Of a stretch of 62,719 nt of DNA, positions 9,268 to 17,297 are shown piece after piece. Made by a program: the position numbers and the translations under genes. The DNA is from an uncultured Eubacteriales bacterium (GTDB lineage: Bacteria > Bacillota > Clostridia > Christensenellales > CAG-138): positions 1 to 62,719 of the forward strand of contig CADBRR010000007.1 of NCBI GenBank assembly GCA_902797145.1. Direction: 5' to 3'. Below the pieces are notes generated by a model. That model was given only the letters and a program-made list of their open reading frames with translations, did not search any database and was not told where the DNA came from. Position 1 is the first letter of the stretch. Each line of letters begins with the position of its first letter.

Positions 9268-10491
9268 ATGAAATATATTACTGCAAGCCAAGCTGCACAA
9301 AAATGGGGAATATCTCAAAGACGTGTTCAATTTCTTTGTGCTGAAGGCAGAATAGACGGCGTGTTTAAATTGGGTGAAGCGTGGGCTATCCCTACAAATG
9401 CTTTAAAAACAGGTGATTCAAGAATGAAACATAAAAAAGGAGTTACAAAAGTAATGAATGTAATAGATTTATTTTGTGGCTGTGGTGGTTTATCATACGG
9501 ATTTGAAAAAGCAGGATATAATATTTTATTGGGAATAGATAACGATTCAAAAGCCTTGGAAACTTTTGAATTAAATCATAAAGGAGCAAAGTCGATTTGC
9601 AGAGATATAACAACTGTATCTTATGAAAAAGATATAAAGCCGATTATAGGAAACAAAGAGATTGATTTAATTATTGGTGGTCCGCCTTGTCAGGGTATGT
9701 CGTTATCAGGGCCGAGAAAATTCGATGACCCGAGAAATAGTCTATATTTTTCATACATTAGACTTGTAGAAGAAATTAAACCAAAGGCCTTTGTAATTGA
9801 AAATGTTCCAGGATTGGTAGAGCTTTTTAATGGCAAAATAAAAGATAGTATTATTGAAAAATTTACTCATATGGGATATAACATTCAATATCGAATTTTG
9901 TGTGCAGCCGATTATGGTGTTCCGCAAAGCAGGCGAAGAGTTGTTTTTGTTGGATTGAAAAAAGGTAAATTTGTATATCCTGAGCCATTAAATGAAGTTG
10001 TTACTTGTGAAATGGCACTGTCTGATTTACCAACACTTGAAAATAGTGTGGGAACAGAACAGGCAGAGTATTTAACACCGCCACAGAACGAATACCAGAA
10101 GTTAATGCGCTGTCATTCAAATATAGTAAGAAACCATATTGCTGCAAACCATTCTGAAAAAGTACAGAAAATTATTGCATTAGTTCCAGACGGAGGAAAT
10201 TATAAAGATTTGCCTGAAGAATATATTAATTCTCGCAATTTTCATGTTGCATGGACAAGGTTTGCAAGCAAAAAGCCTGCACCAACTATTGATACGGGGC
10301 ACAGACATCATTTTCACTATAAATTTAATAGAGTTCCTACTGTTCGTGAATGTGCAAGGTTACAATCATTTCCTGATAATTTCATATTTTTAGGAAATAA
10401 GACACAGCAATTCAGGCAAGTTGGAAACGCTGTTCCTCCGTTACTTGCTCAATGTTTAGCGGAAAGTTTAAAGGAACAAATAAAGGAGTGA
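9268..10491 (+). CDS. DNA (cytosine-5) methyltransferase with N-terminal HTH (excisionase/MerR-like) domain
   Basis: N-terminus MKYITASQAAQKWGISQRRVQFLCAEGRIDGV is HTH-like. m5C motifs are present: I DLFCGCGG, IV GGPPCQGMS, VI ENVPGL, VIII QSRRRVVFVG, X GNAVPPLL. The ORF-track start 9241 lies at or before the predicted TSS, so 9259 or 9268 is more likely. Confidence 0.9.
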   Translation: MKYITASQAAQKWGISQRRVQFLCAEGRIDGVFKLGEAWAIPTNALKTGDSRMKHKKGVTKVMNVIDLFCGCGGLSYGFEKAGYNILLGIDNDSKALETFELNHKGAKSICRDITTVSYEKDIKPIIGNKEIDLIIGGPPCQGMSLSGPRKFDDPRNSLYFSYIRLVEEIKPKAFVIENVPGLVELFNGKIKDSIIEKFTHMGYNIQYRILCAADYGVPQSRRRVVFVGLKKGKFVYPEPLNEVVTCEMALSDLPTLENSVGTEQAEYLTPPQNEYQKLMRCHSNIVRNHIAANHSEKVQKIIALVPDGGNYKDLPEEYINSRNFHVAWTRFASKKPAPTIDTGHRHHFHYKFNRVPTVRECARLQSFPDNFIFLGNKTQQFRQVGNAVPPLLAQCLAESLKEQIKE

Positions 10492-10499
10492 ATTGTACA

Positions 10500-11912
10500 A
10501 TGTATGAAATACCAAGCGAATATTACTTAAGATTGCACCATTGCCGTCCGAGATTTAAAGGCGACATTGAAAATGTTTTGATTTATATGGCAGAAGAAAT
10601 ATCTAAACTTCCTGAATTGCCGTGTGATGAATTTGATGATAAAATCAATCAGGCAATCAGATGTTTTCCCGGTAATATTAATAAAACAATAAAGACAATA
10701 AACAATTGGAGAACAGAAATATCATCACTTTTTGGTTTTATACAAAATAATAGTACAAGTTGCAAAGCTGGGTTGAGGGCAAAAGAATTAGCAGAAAAGC
10801 AAGATTTAGTTGAATGCTTTAAAATGTTTCTTTATAATTTTCAATATCCCGGTGCACATATAAAATCACACGAAATATTAAAACTAATAGAAGCCGGAGT
10901 TAACTTTAAACCGGCACAATATCTATTAAAAGTTCTAAAATATGCAGAAGACAGTACGGGCAAAAGACAATATATAACAAAAGCTGAATTTTGCCATTGT
11001 ATTTTTAATGATTTACGTTGTGTTCGTGACAAAGAAAATTTTTCGTTGACTTGGAATAGAATTACCAAAAACAGAGATAATGAAGTTGAATACGAACAAG
11101 CAGGCGATATTATCCGCTACGCCGGAGACATAATTGACTATATGGAAATCGCCAACCTGCTTGTTACACATGACGGATATAATTTTTATATAAATACTCT
11201 TGAAAATGCAGCTGTTTTAAAATTTATAAATTCAAATGATTGGTTTTCTGATTATGACCAAATGATTGAAAACCGTAGTGCTACACTTGAGGAAATTAAC
11301 AACTGTAAAAATCGGTGGTTTGAGTATGTAAACAGGGATATTGCAGATACAGTATTTGAAACCGATGTACTTGCATTTATATCCTCTGACGAAAATGAAT
11401 ATACAGAATTGCAGAAGCAAAGTTTAAATCTATACGACGAAAAACTTGAAGATACTGCGAGATTAAGAACAAAGGATATAGGCGACATTGGAGAAAGTCT
11501 TGTTTTTGGACACGAATGTCAAAGAATTAAAATCGGTGGTCGTAATGATTTAATCCATTTAATAAAAAGGATTCCTACACAACTTGCCGTAGGTTATGAT
11601 ATTCAGTCTGTTGAATTGGATGAACGGAAAAGATATATCGAAGTTAAATCAACAATAAGTTCAAAACCGTTGCATTTTAATAAAATACATCTTACTCCAA
11701 ATGAATGGAGTACTGCACAAACAGTAAATGACAGATATTTTGTGTATAGACTTATGATTAGCAAGACGGAAAAGAAACTGTATATTTTACAAGACCCTGT
11801 TAGGCTATATAAAAATGATTTGATAGATATGTCTATTAAAGACGGTGCAGAAATAACATTTTATCCGCATAAGTCTGGTAATTATGAGGAGTTGTTATCA
11901 TGGAAAGGTTAA
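10500..11912 (+). CDS. two-domain restriction endonuclease candidate: helical recognition domain plus C-terminal DUF3883-like PD-(D/E)xK nuclease
   Basis: The C-terminus DIGDIGESLVFGHE...GYDIQSVELDERKRYIEVKST...LTPNEWSTA...YFVYRL matches the GxxGE / GYDI / IEVK / NEW / YxxYR pattern of DUF3883 nuclease domains. The ATG at 10500 follows an AAGGAG SD. The stop overlaps the next gene's start by 13 nt. Confidence 0.7.
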   Translation: MYEIPSEYYLRLHHCRPRFKGDIENVLIYMAEEISKLPELPCDEFDDKINQAIRCFPGNINKTIKTINNWRTEISSLFGFIQNNSTSCKAGLRAKELAEKQDLVECFKMFLYNFQYPGAHIKSHEILKLIEAGVNFKPAQYLLKVLKYAEDSTGKRQYITKAEFCHCIFNDLRCVRDKENFSLTWNRITKNRDNEVEYEQAGDIIRYAGDIIDYMEIANLLVTHDGYNFYINTLENAAVLKFINSNDWFSDYDQMIENRSATLEEINNCKNRWFEYVNRDIADTVFETDVLAFISSDENEYTELQKQSLNLYDEKLEDTARLRTKDIGDIGESLVFGHECQRIKIGGRNDLIHLIKRIPTQLAVGYDIQSVELDERKRYIEVKSTISSKPLHFNKIHLTPNEWSTAQTVNDRYFVYRLMISKTEKKLYILQDPVRLYKNDLIDMSIKDGAEITFYPHKSGNYEELLSWKG

Positions 11913-12865
11913 AAGTTGCTTCACTTTTTTGTGGGTGTGGCGGTACAGATGTAGGCTTATTAGGTGGATTTGATTTTCTTGGGAAACACTACACAGAAAA
12001 CAGAATTGATATTGTTTATGCAAATGATATTGATGACAATGCTTGTAGTATATTTAAAGAGAATTTCAATATAACACCCGATAACAGAGATATTAGAGAA
12101 GTTTCATCAAACGATATTCCTGAATTTGATATTCTTACAGGTGGTTTTCCTTGTCAATCATTTTCTATTGTCGCTCAAAATCCTAAAAGATTAGGCATAA
12201 AAGACGACAGGGGAAAATTGTTTTTTGAGATGTGCAGAATATTGAAAGAAAGACAGCCAAAATGTTTTATTGCAGAAAATGTTAAGGGGATTTTAACCGC
12301 AAACAATAGAAATGCATTCCCGTTAATAATTAAAGAATTTGAGGATTGCGGATATGATGTTAAGTACGATATTTTAAATTCTGCCGATTTTGGAGTTCCG
12401 CAGAAAAGAGAGCGTGTTATCATTGTTGGTTTTAGAAAAGATTTGAATATAAGATTTGAGTTTCCCAAAGTAGAAATTACCGAAGAAGATGAGTATACTC
12501 CGCTTAAAACTGTTATTGAAAATGATGTTGATGAAAGGTATTATTTCAGCCAAAAAGCGGTTGACGGAATGATGAGAAAACGAGCGACAATGAACAAAGG
12601 TCGTGCACAGGATATTGAAAAGCCGTGTAATACTGTTGGATCACATTTAGCAAAAGTTTCATTGAATAGTACCGACCCTGTTTTAATGGTTAATGGAAGG
12701 TATAGAAGATTTACCCCCCGTGAAGTTGCAAGAATACAATCATTTCCTGAAAATTTCAAACTTGTTGGAAGTGAATCCGCACAATATCGTGCGTTAGGAA
12801 ATGCAATACCTCCAATAATGTTTTGGTACGTTACGAATACTGTAATGGAATATTTAAAAAAGTAG
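11900..12865 (+). CDS. DNA (cytosine-5) methyltransferase (second copy)
   Basis: Motifs I SLFCGCGG, IV GGFPCQSFS, VI ENVKG, VIII QKRERVIIVG, then TPREVARIQSFPENF and X GNAIPP. Confidence 0.92.
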   Translation: MERLKVASLFCGCGGTDVGLLGGFDFLGKHYTENRIDIVYANDIDDNACSIFKENFNITPDNRDIREVSSNDIPEFDILTGGFPCQSFSIVAQNPKRLGIKDDRGKLFFEMCRILKERQPKCFIAENVKGILTANNRNAFPLIIKEFEDCGYDVKYDILNSADFGVPQKRERVIIVGFRKDLNIRFEFPKVEITEEDEYTPLKTVIENDVDERYYFSQKAVDGMMRKRATMNKGRAQDIEKPCNTVGSHLAKVSLNSTDPVLMVNGRYRRFTPREVARIQSFPENFKLVGSESAQYRALGNAIPPIMFWYVTNTVMEYLKK

Positions 12866-12894
12866 TCAATATTTTTAGATAGAAAGGTAATACT

Positions 12895-14322
12895 ATGGAA
12901 AATGAAATTGTAATTAAAAATACTACCGAAATTATAACAAAAAACTTTTCATTATTTGAAAACTATTTAATGGCATTTGGATTGCCAACAGATAATGTTA
13001 TTGCATCTGGTGAAGAACGTCAAAGAATAATGAATGCATTACCCGATTTTCTACAACAATTACCTCCTGAAATAAAGAAAGATGCGAAATATATTTCAAA
13101 ATTCATAGCAGGAAGTGCCGTTGGGCTTTTTGATGCTGCCCTTAATTTTGTATGGAATGAAGTTATACTTAATCTTAGAAAAAAAGTAATAGTATATGGT
13201 ATTGATTACTTTTACGATAGTGCTATTGGCGGAACAGTAAGGGAACAGTATAAAGACGAAAAAGACCTACCATCTGTAAAAGATCAAGTGTTATTAGATA
13301 CTTGTCATAAACTTGAACTTTTGTCTGATATTCTATACAGAAAACTTTGTCATATATTAGATATGAGAAATCAAATTGGGGCATCACATCCCAATGATTA
13401 TGAAATTAACGCATATGAACTTTTGGGTTGGTTACAAACGTGCATCCAAGATGTTTTTATGGATAAGATTTCTGAGTCTGCCCTAACAGTCAAATCGATA
13501 ATTGACAATGCTAAAAATATACAAAAAGAATTAGATGAGGAATATTTAGCTCAATTTACAAAATCCATAAAAGAACTTTCTCCATCTATGGTATCAAACC
13601 TTCTTACAAGTTTGTTTGGTATATTTATATCACCTGATAATAGCGAAAATACAATTCGGCGAAAAAACATTTTATCTTTGTCTATCATCGCTTGGGAGTA
13701 CAGCACAGAAAGTGCTAAATATGCATTAGGTGAAAAAATTGATTCATATAGAGCTAACCTAGATGAATATAAGACACAACAAGCGGAATTATTTTTTAAA
13801 AAATGTAAAGGACAAAAATATTATACCAAGGATGCTAAGACAATTAAAATAACTTTACTTTGTGAGCAATTAGAAAATGTCCATTATAGTTGGGATAATT
13901 ACGCTAACGAGGTTCCAATTGCACGAGAAATAATGAGTATGATATCAAGTGTTTCAGATATTCCTAAGATACGTTTAGAAAGTCTTGTAAGAGTGTTTTT
14001 AATATGTAGAATTGGAAATGATAGATATTACTGTGAAGGTGTTTCTTTAACAGCGAGCAGATTCTATGATATTTTTTTCAAATTGTTAGATGAAAATGCA
14101 GTTGTTTGTGTTATAAATTTTTTGAAAGAAAACGGAAATCGTCATTTACTTACAGGGACACATAGACCCAATCATGTAAAGCACATTTTCAGTATTATGA
14201 AATCAGAATTATTAAGCGAGAGATGTAATTTATTATTGGACTATATCATTGATTTTAATGGTAAATTAGAAAATGTATTTTCTACGAAAGATTTTAAAGA
14301 ACTTTCTAATGGAGTTTTATAA
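12895..14322 (+). CDS. uncharacterised 475-aa helical protein with Rx6H (HEPN-like) motif; candidate defence effector
   Basis: SD GAAAGG 8 nt upstream. Co-oriented, 29 nt after the second MTase. R158-NQIGAS-H165 (nt 13366-13389) follows GLFDAALNFVWNEV. No TM segment or signal peptide, and no other family recognised. Confidence 0.6.
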   Translation: MENEIVIKNTTEIITKNFSLFENYLMAFGLPTDNVIASGEERQRIMNALPDFLQQLPPEIKKDAKYISKFIAGSAVGLFDAALNFVWNEVILNLRKKVIVYGIDYFYDSAIGGTVREQYKDEKDLPSVKDQVLLDTCHKLELLSDILYRKLCHILDMRNQIGASHPNDYEINAYELLGWLQTCIQDVFMDKISESALTVKSIIDNAKNIQKELDEEYLAQFTKSIKELSPSMVSNLLTSLFGIFISPDNSENTIRRKNILSLSIIAWEYSTESAKYALGEKIDSYRANLDEYKTQQAELFFKKCKGQKYYTKDAKTIKITLLCEQLENVHYSWDNYANEVPIAREIMSMISSVSDIPKIRLESLVRVFLICRIGNDRYYCEGVSLTASRFYDIFFKLLDENAVVCVINFLKENGNRHLLTGTHRPNHVKHIFSIMKSELLSERCNLLLDYIIDFNGKLENVFSTKDFKELSNGVL

Positions 14323-14524
14323 ATTATAAGAAATGATATTAAGTGTTAATTTACCTAATCTTATTTTTATGCAAATAAGTGAATTTTTTAATATAAATGT
14401 AGAACGATAGCATCCCATTTTGAGGATTTGAATGTAAAACCATTCCTTGTATGTTTTCATCCATTTTAACCCCATAAAACAGGCGATTTTCAACACTTAT
14501 TGCATTGCATTTCACCCCATATAT

Positions 14525-14565
14525 GAGTTGAGCATACCACACGATAAATATGATATGCTCAACTC
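14525..14565. repeat. 12-bp perfect inverted repeat (hairpin) in the non-coding right arm of the island
   Basis: GAGTTGAGCATA (14525-14536) and TATGCTCAACTC (14554-14565) with a 17-nt loop. The nearby palindrome TTGAC-AAACC-GTCAA lies at 14577-14591. Confidence 0.7.
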
Positions 14566-14649
14566 TCTGCACTCCTTTGACAAACCGTCAATACTTATAC
14601 TGTTTTATAGAGGACTGCCATTTGTGGACCTTTTTGACAGTCTAGTCTG

Positions 14650-14676
14650 GAGCAAGGCTTCTATTCGAGCCTTGCT
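14650..14676 (+). repeat. right copy of 27-bp direct repeat; functional buk/SBP terminator
   Basis: Identical to 8974-9000. Followed by TTTTGCTT. 10 nt from the SBP stop at 14687. Confidence 0.9.
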
Positions 14677-14686
14677 TTTGCTTATC

Positions 14687-15688
14687 TTATTTACCATTCA
14701 TAGCTTTTTCAGCAAACGAATTATCAACAAGTTCTGAGATATTAACCCTACCTTTCAGCTCCCCTGCGCTTTCGATTATATCAAGAAGTCTGTTAAACGA
14801 ATCTTCCGTCATAACAGGGTTGGTCATCCACGAGTCGGTTTGCCTATAACTTTTTGCAACAATTTCAAGCGAATCTATTGATGTATCGGGGAAAAACGGT
14901 TGCATATTCTCAGCTATTTCCCTATCTGTCGCATTCTTAACCCATTGCTGTGCTTTATAAATTGCCCTTACGAACGCTTCTACGAGCGATTTATCATTCT
15001 TAATTGTCTTCTGGTTCGTCATAAATGCAGTATATGGAACTTCGCCCGATGACTGCCCGACATTTGCAACGATATAACCTTTGCCTTGATTCTGGAATTC
15101 AGTAGCGGTCGGTTCAAATAATGTTACAAAATCGCCTGTTCCGCTATCGAATGCACCGCCCATCATATTGAACTGAATGCTCGTTATAACTTCAACATCT
15201 TTGCCGGGAATAAGTCCATGCTGTTTGAGAACATATTCAAGAGTCATAAGTGGCATTCCGCCTTTTCTACCGCCGATTATAGTTTTGCCTCTCAAACTTT
15301 CCCAATCAAAATTATCATCTTTTTCTCTTCCGACAAGAAATGAACCGTCACGCTTTGTGAGCTGAGCAATTACCATAGGATGTTCCTGCTTGCCTTCGTT
15401 TACAACATAAACGCCTGTTTCGGGACCCATAAGCGCAAAATCTGCTTCGCCCGATATGAGCGCCGTCATACTCTTATCACTTCCGCCACCTGTTACGATA
15501 TTGACTTTCATACCTTCTTCTTCAAAGAAACCTTTGTTCACAGCAACATAAAGCGGCGCATAGAATACCGAGCGTGTTACCTCGTTAATCGTAATTTCAC
15601 GAAGCTTTTTTTCGCTGCTCCCTGAACAGCCAGTCAAGGCAGAAAGTGCCATTATCAATGCAAGCACGATAAGAATTGTCTTTTTCAT
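14687..15688 (-). CDS. NMT1/THI5-like (SsuA-type) ABC substrate-binding lipoprotein, orphan
   Basis: Lipobox LTGCSG. SVFYAPLYVAVNKGFFEEEGMKV...GGGSDKSMTALISGEADFA is typical of nitrate/sulfonate/HMP-type binding proteins. No permease or ATPase gene is adjacent. Confidence 0.7.
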   Translation of the reverse strand: MKKTILIVLALIMALSALTGCSGSSEKKLREITINEVTRSVFYAPLYVAVNKGFFEEEGMKVNIVTGGGSDKSMTALISGEADFALMGPETGVYVVNEGKQEHPMVIAQLTKRDGSFLVGREKDDNFDWESLRGKTIIGGRKGGMPLMTLEYVLKQHGLIPGKDVEVITSIQFNMMGGAFDSGTGDFVTLFEPTATEFQNQGKGYIVANVGQSSGEVPYTAFMTNQKTIKNDKSLVEAFVRAIYKAQQWVKNATDREIAENMQPFFPDTSIDSLEIVAKSYRQTDSWMTNPVMTEDSFNRLLDIIESAGELKGRVNISELVDNSFAEKAMNGK

Positions 15689-15804
15689 TGTAAGTTGACC
15701 TCCAATATTTTTATTGCTATATATTTATGAATAAAATTATTTTTTTGTGTGTATTATTTGCAAAAATCGGTAATAATAACAAAAAACAGAAAGGACAATA
15801 TAAT

Positions 15805-16341
15805 ATGGAAAACATAAAAGGCACTAAAACCGAATCAAACATTCTTCACGCATTCGCAGCAGAAGCACAGGCAAAAATTAAATACGACTTCTATGCACAG
15901 AAAGCAAAAAGCGACGGTTTCGTTCAAATCGAAAAAGTATTTGATGAAATATCGCATAACGAGCTTGAACACGCGAAGATATGGTTTAAGTATTTAAACG
16001 GAGGTGAGGTTCCGACAACGGACATAAATCTTACCGATGCAGCATCGGGTGAAAAGTATGAATGGTCTGAAATGTATTCACAGTTTGCACAAGAAGCTCG
16101 TGAAGAGGGATTTGAAGATATAGCAAGCAAATTTGATATGATAGCGAGCATAGAAAAAGACCACGAATCAAGATATGAATCATTAAGAAGCGATATTGAC
16201 AAGGATTCAGTATTTTCAAAAGGGCAACAAACACGCTGGATATGCCAGAATTGTGGTTATATATTTGAGGGCGAGCAAGCACCTGAAGTATGCCCTGTAT
16301 GCGCACAGCCTCAATCATATTATAAAGTATATGGTTCATAA
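15805..16341 (+). CDS. rbr: rubrerythrin
   Basis: GTKTESNILHAFAAEAQAKIKY plus E-x-x-H ferritin-like motifs and a C-terminal rubredoxin CQNCG...CPVC. The ATG at 15805 follows AGAAAGGA. The upstream extension in the ORF track is hydrophobic junk. Confidence 0.9.
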   Translation: MENIKGTKTESNILHAFAAEAQAKIKYDFYAQKAKSDGFVQIEKVFDEISHNELEHAKIWFKYLNGGEVPTTDINLTDAASGEKYEWSEMYSQFAQEAREEGFEDIASKFDMIASIEKDHESRYESLRSDIDKDSVFSKGQQTRWICQNCGYIFEGEQAPEVCPVCAQPQSYYKVYGS

Positions 16342-16415
16342 AGGAAAATCATATTGTCATATTCGATAATTTGTGATAAAATATCAAGGAAATAATCGGA
16401 TATGAGGCATATGAT

Positions 16416-17297
16416 ATGAAAAAAGGCTGGTTAGTAGTAAATCATTTTTTGAACTCGGAAAAATTCTTTGATATATACGATAGGCTCTGCAAGTCCTGCA
16501 AGGATACGGATATAGTCCTTGAGAAAAAGACAAGTGCAGAGCTTATGTTCAATGCTGTTGACAATACGCTGTTGTTTGAAAAAAATCTTCCCGACTTTGT
16601 TCTATTTTGGGACAAGGATTTATATCTTGCTCAATCGCTCGAAAGCATGGGACTTAGGCTATTTAACACGAGCAGGGCAATAGCGCTTTGCGATGACAAG
16701 GCACTTACGCATATGGCGCTTTGCGGCCATAACATCAAGATGCCCAAAACGATAATTGCACCTAAAACCTACCCTCGTTATGGTTATATTGATAAGTTTT
16801 TCATTGAAAAAGCGATTGAGGAATTAGGTTTTCCAATGGTAATAAAGGAATGTCGTGGTTCGTTCGGCGCACAGGTATATCTTGCAAAGAACGAGCAGGA
16901 TTTTACTCGTATCCTCGAAAGCGTTAGCGGAAGACCTATACTTTTGCAGGAGTTCGTATCGTCAAGTTATGCGCATGATATAAGGATTAACGTTGTAGGT
17001 AAACGTGCTGTTGCAACTATGTACAGATATAACGAAAACGGAGATTTTCGTGCAAACATTACGAACGGCGGAAGTATGAAGCCATATGAGCCTTCGCAAA
17101 AACAAGTAGATGTTGCAATAAAAGTTTGTGAAATACTTGGGCTTGATTTTGCAGGCGTTGACTTACTATTTGGCGAAGATGATGAACCTATACTTTGCGA
17201 AGTAAATTCAAATGCACACTTTAAAAACATATATGATTGCACCGGAATAAATGTTGCCGATGCTATAATTGAACATATAAGCGAGGCGCTCAAATGA
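16416..17297 (+). CDS. RimK-family ATP-grasp ligase (paralog 1)
   Basis: CDDKALTH...FPMVIKECRGSFGAQVYL...ILLQEFV...HDIRINVVG...FRANITNGG...GLDFAGVDLLF...CEVNSNA is the ATP-grasp fold pattern. Confidence 0.8.
   Translation: MKKGWLVVNHFLNSEKFFDIYDRLCKSCKDTDIVLEKKTSAELMFNAVDNTLLFEKNLPDFVLFWDKDLYLAQSLESMGLRLFNTSRAIALCDDKALTHMALCGHNIKMPKTIIAPKTYPRYGYIDKFFIEKAIEELGFPMVIKECRGSFGAQVYLAKNEQDFTRILESVSGRPILLQEFVSSSYAHDIRINVVGKRAVATMYRYNENGDFRANITNGGSMKPYEPSQKQVDVAIKVCEILGLDFAGVDLLFGEDDEPILCEVNSNAHFKNIYDCTGINVADAIIEHISEALK

Larger units (their letters stand above)
9001..14649. mobile_element. AT-rich genomic island with defence cargo; no recombinase gene detected
   Basis: Bounded by the perfect 27-bp direct repeat. 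Its termini are CAGACT...AGTCTG. The G+C drop is visible (13/60 at 13141-13200 versus 31/60 at 8461-8520). It interrupts an otherwise convergent buk/SBP terminator. Confidence 0.75.

Noticed and set aside
10452-10499. ORF-track start of the nuclease gene inside the end of the first methyltransferase
   Set aside because: The ATG at 10500 has a strong AAGGAG SD, and the upstream 16 codons overlap the M1 coding end. I use the shorter form.
14351-14737. Two overlapping ORFs (73 aa minus, 96 aa plus) in the island's right arm, considered as possible integrase or excisionase remnants
   Set aside because: Neither translation has any recombinase-like motif. Both are hydrophobic and low-complexity, they lack an SD, and the plus ORF runs through the direct repeat into the antisense of the SBP gene.
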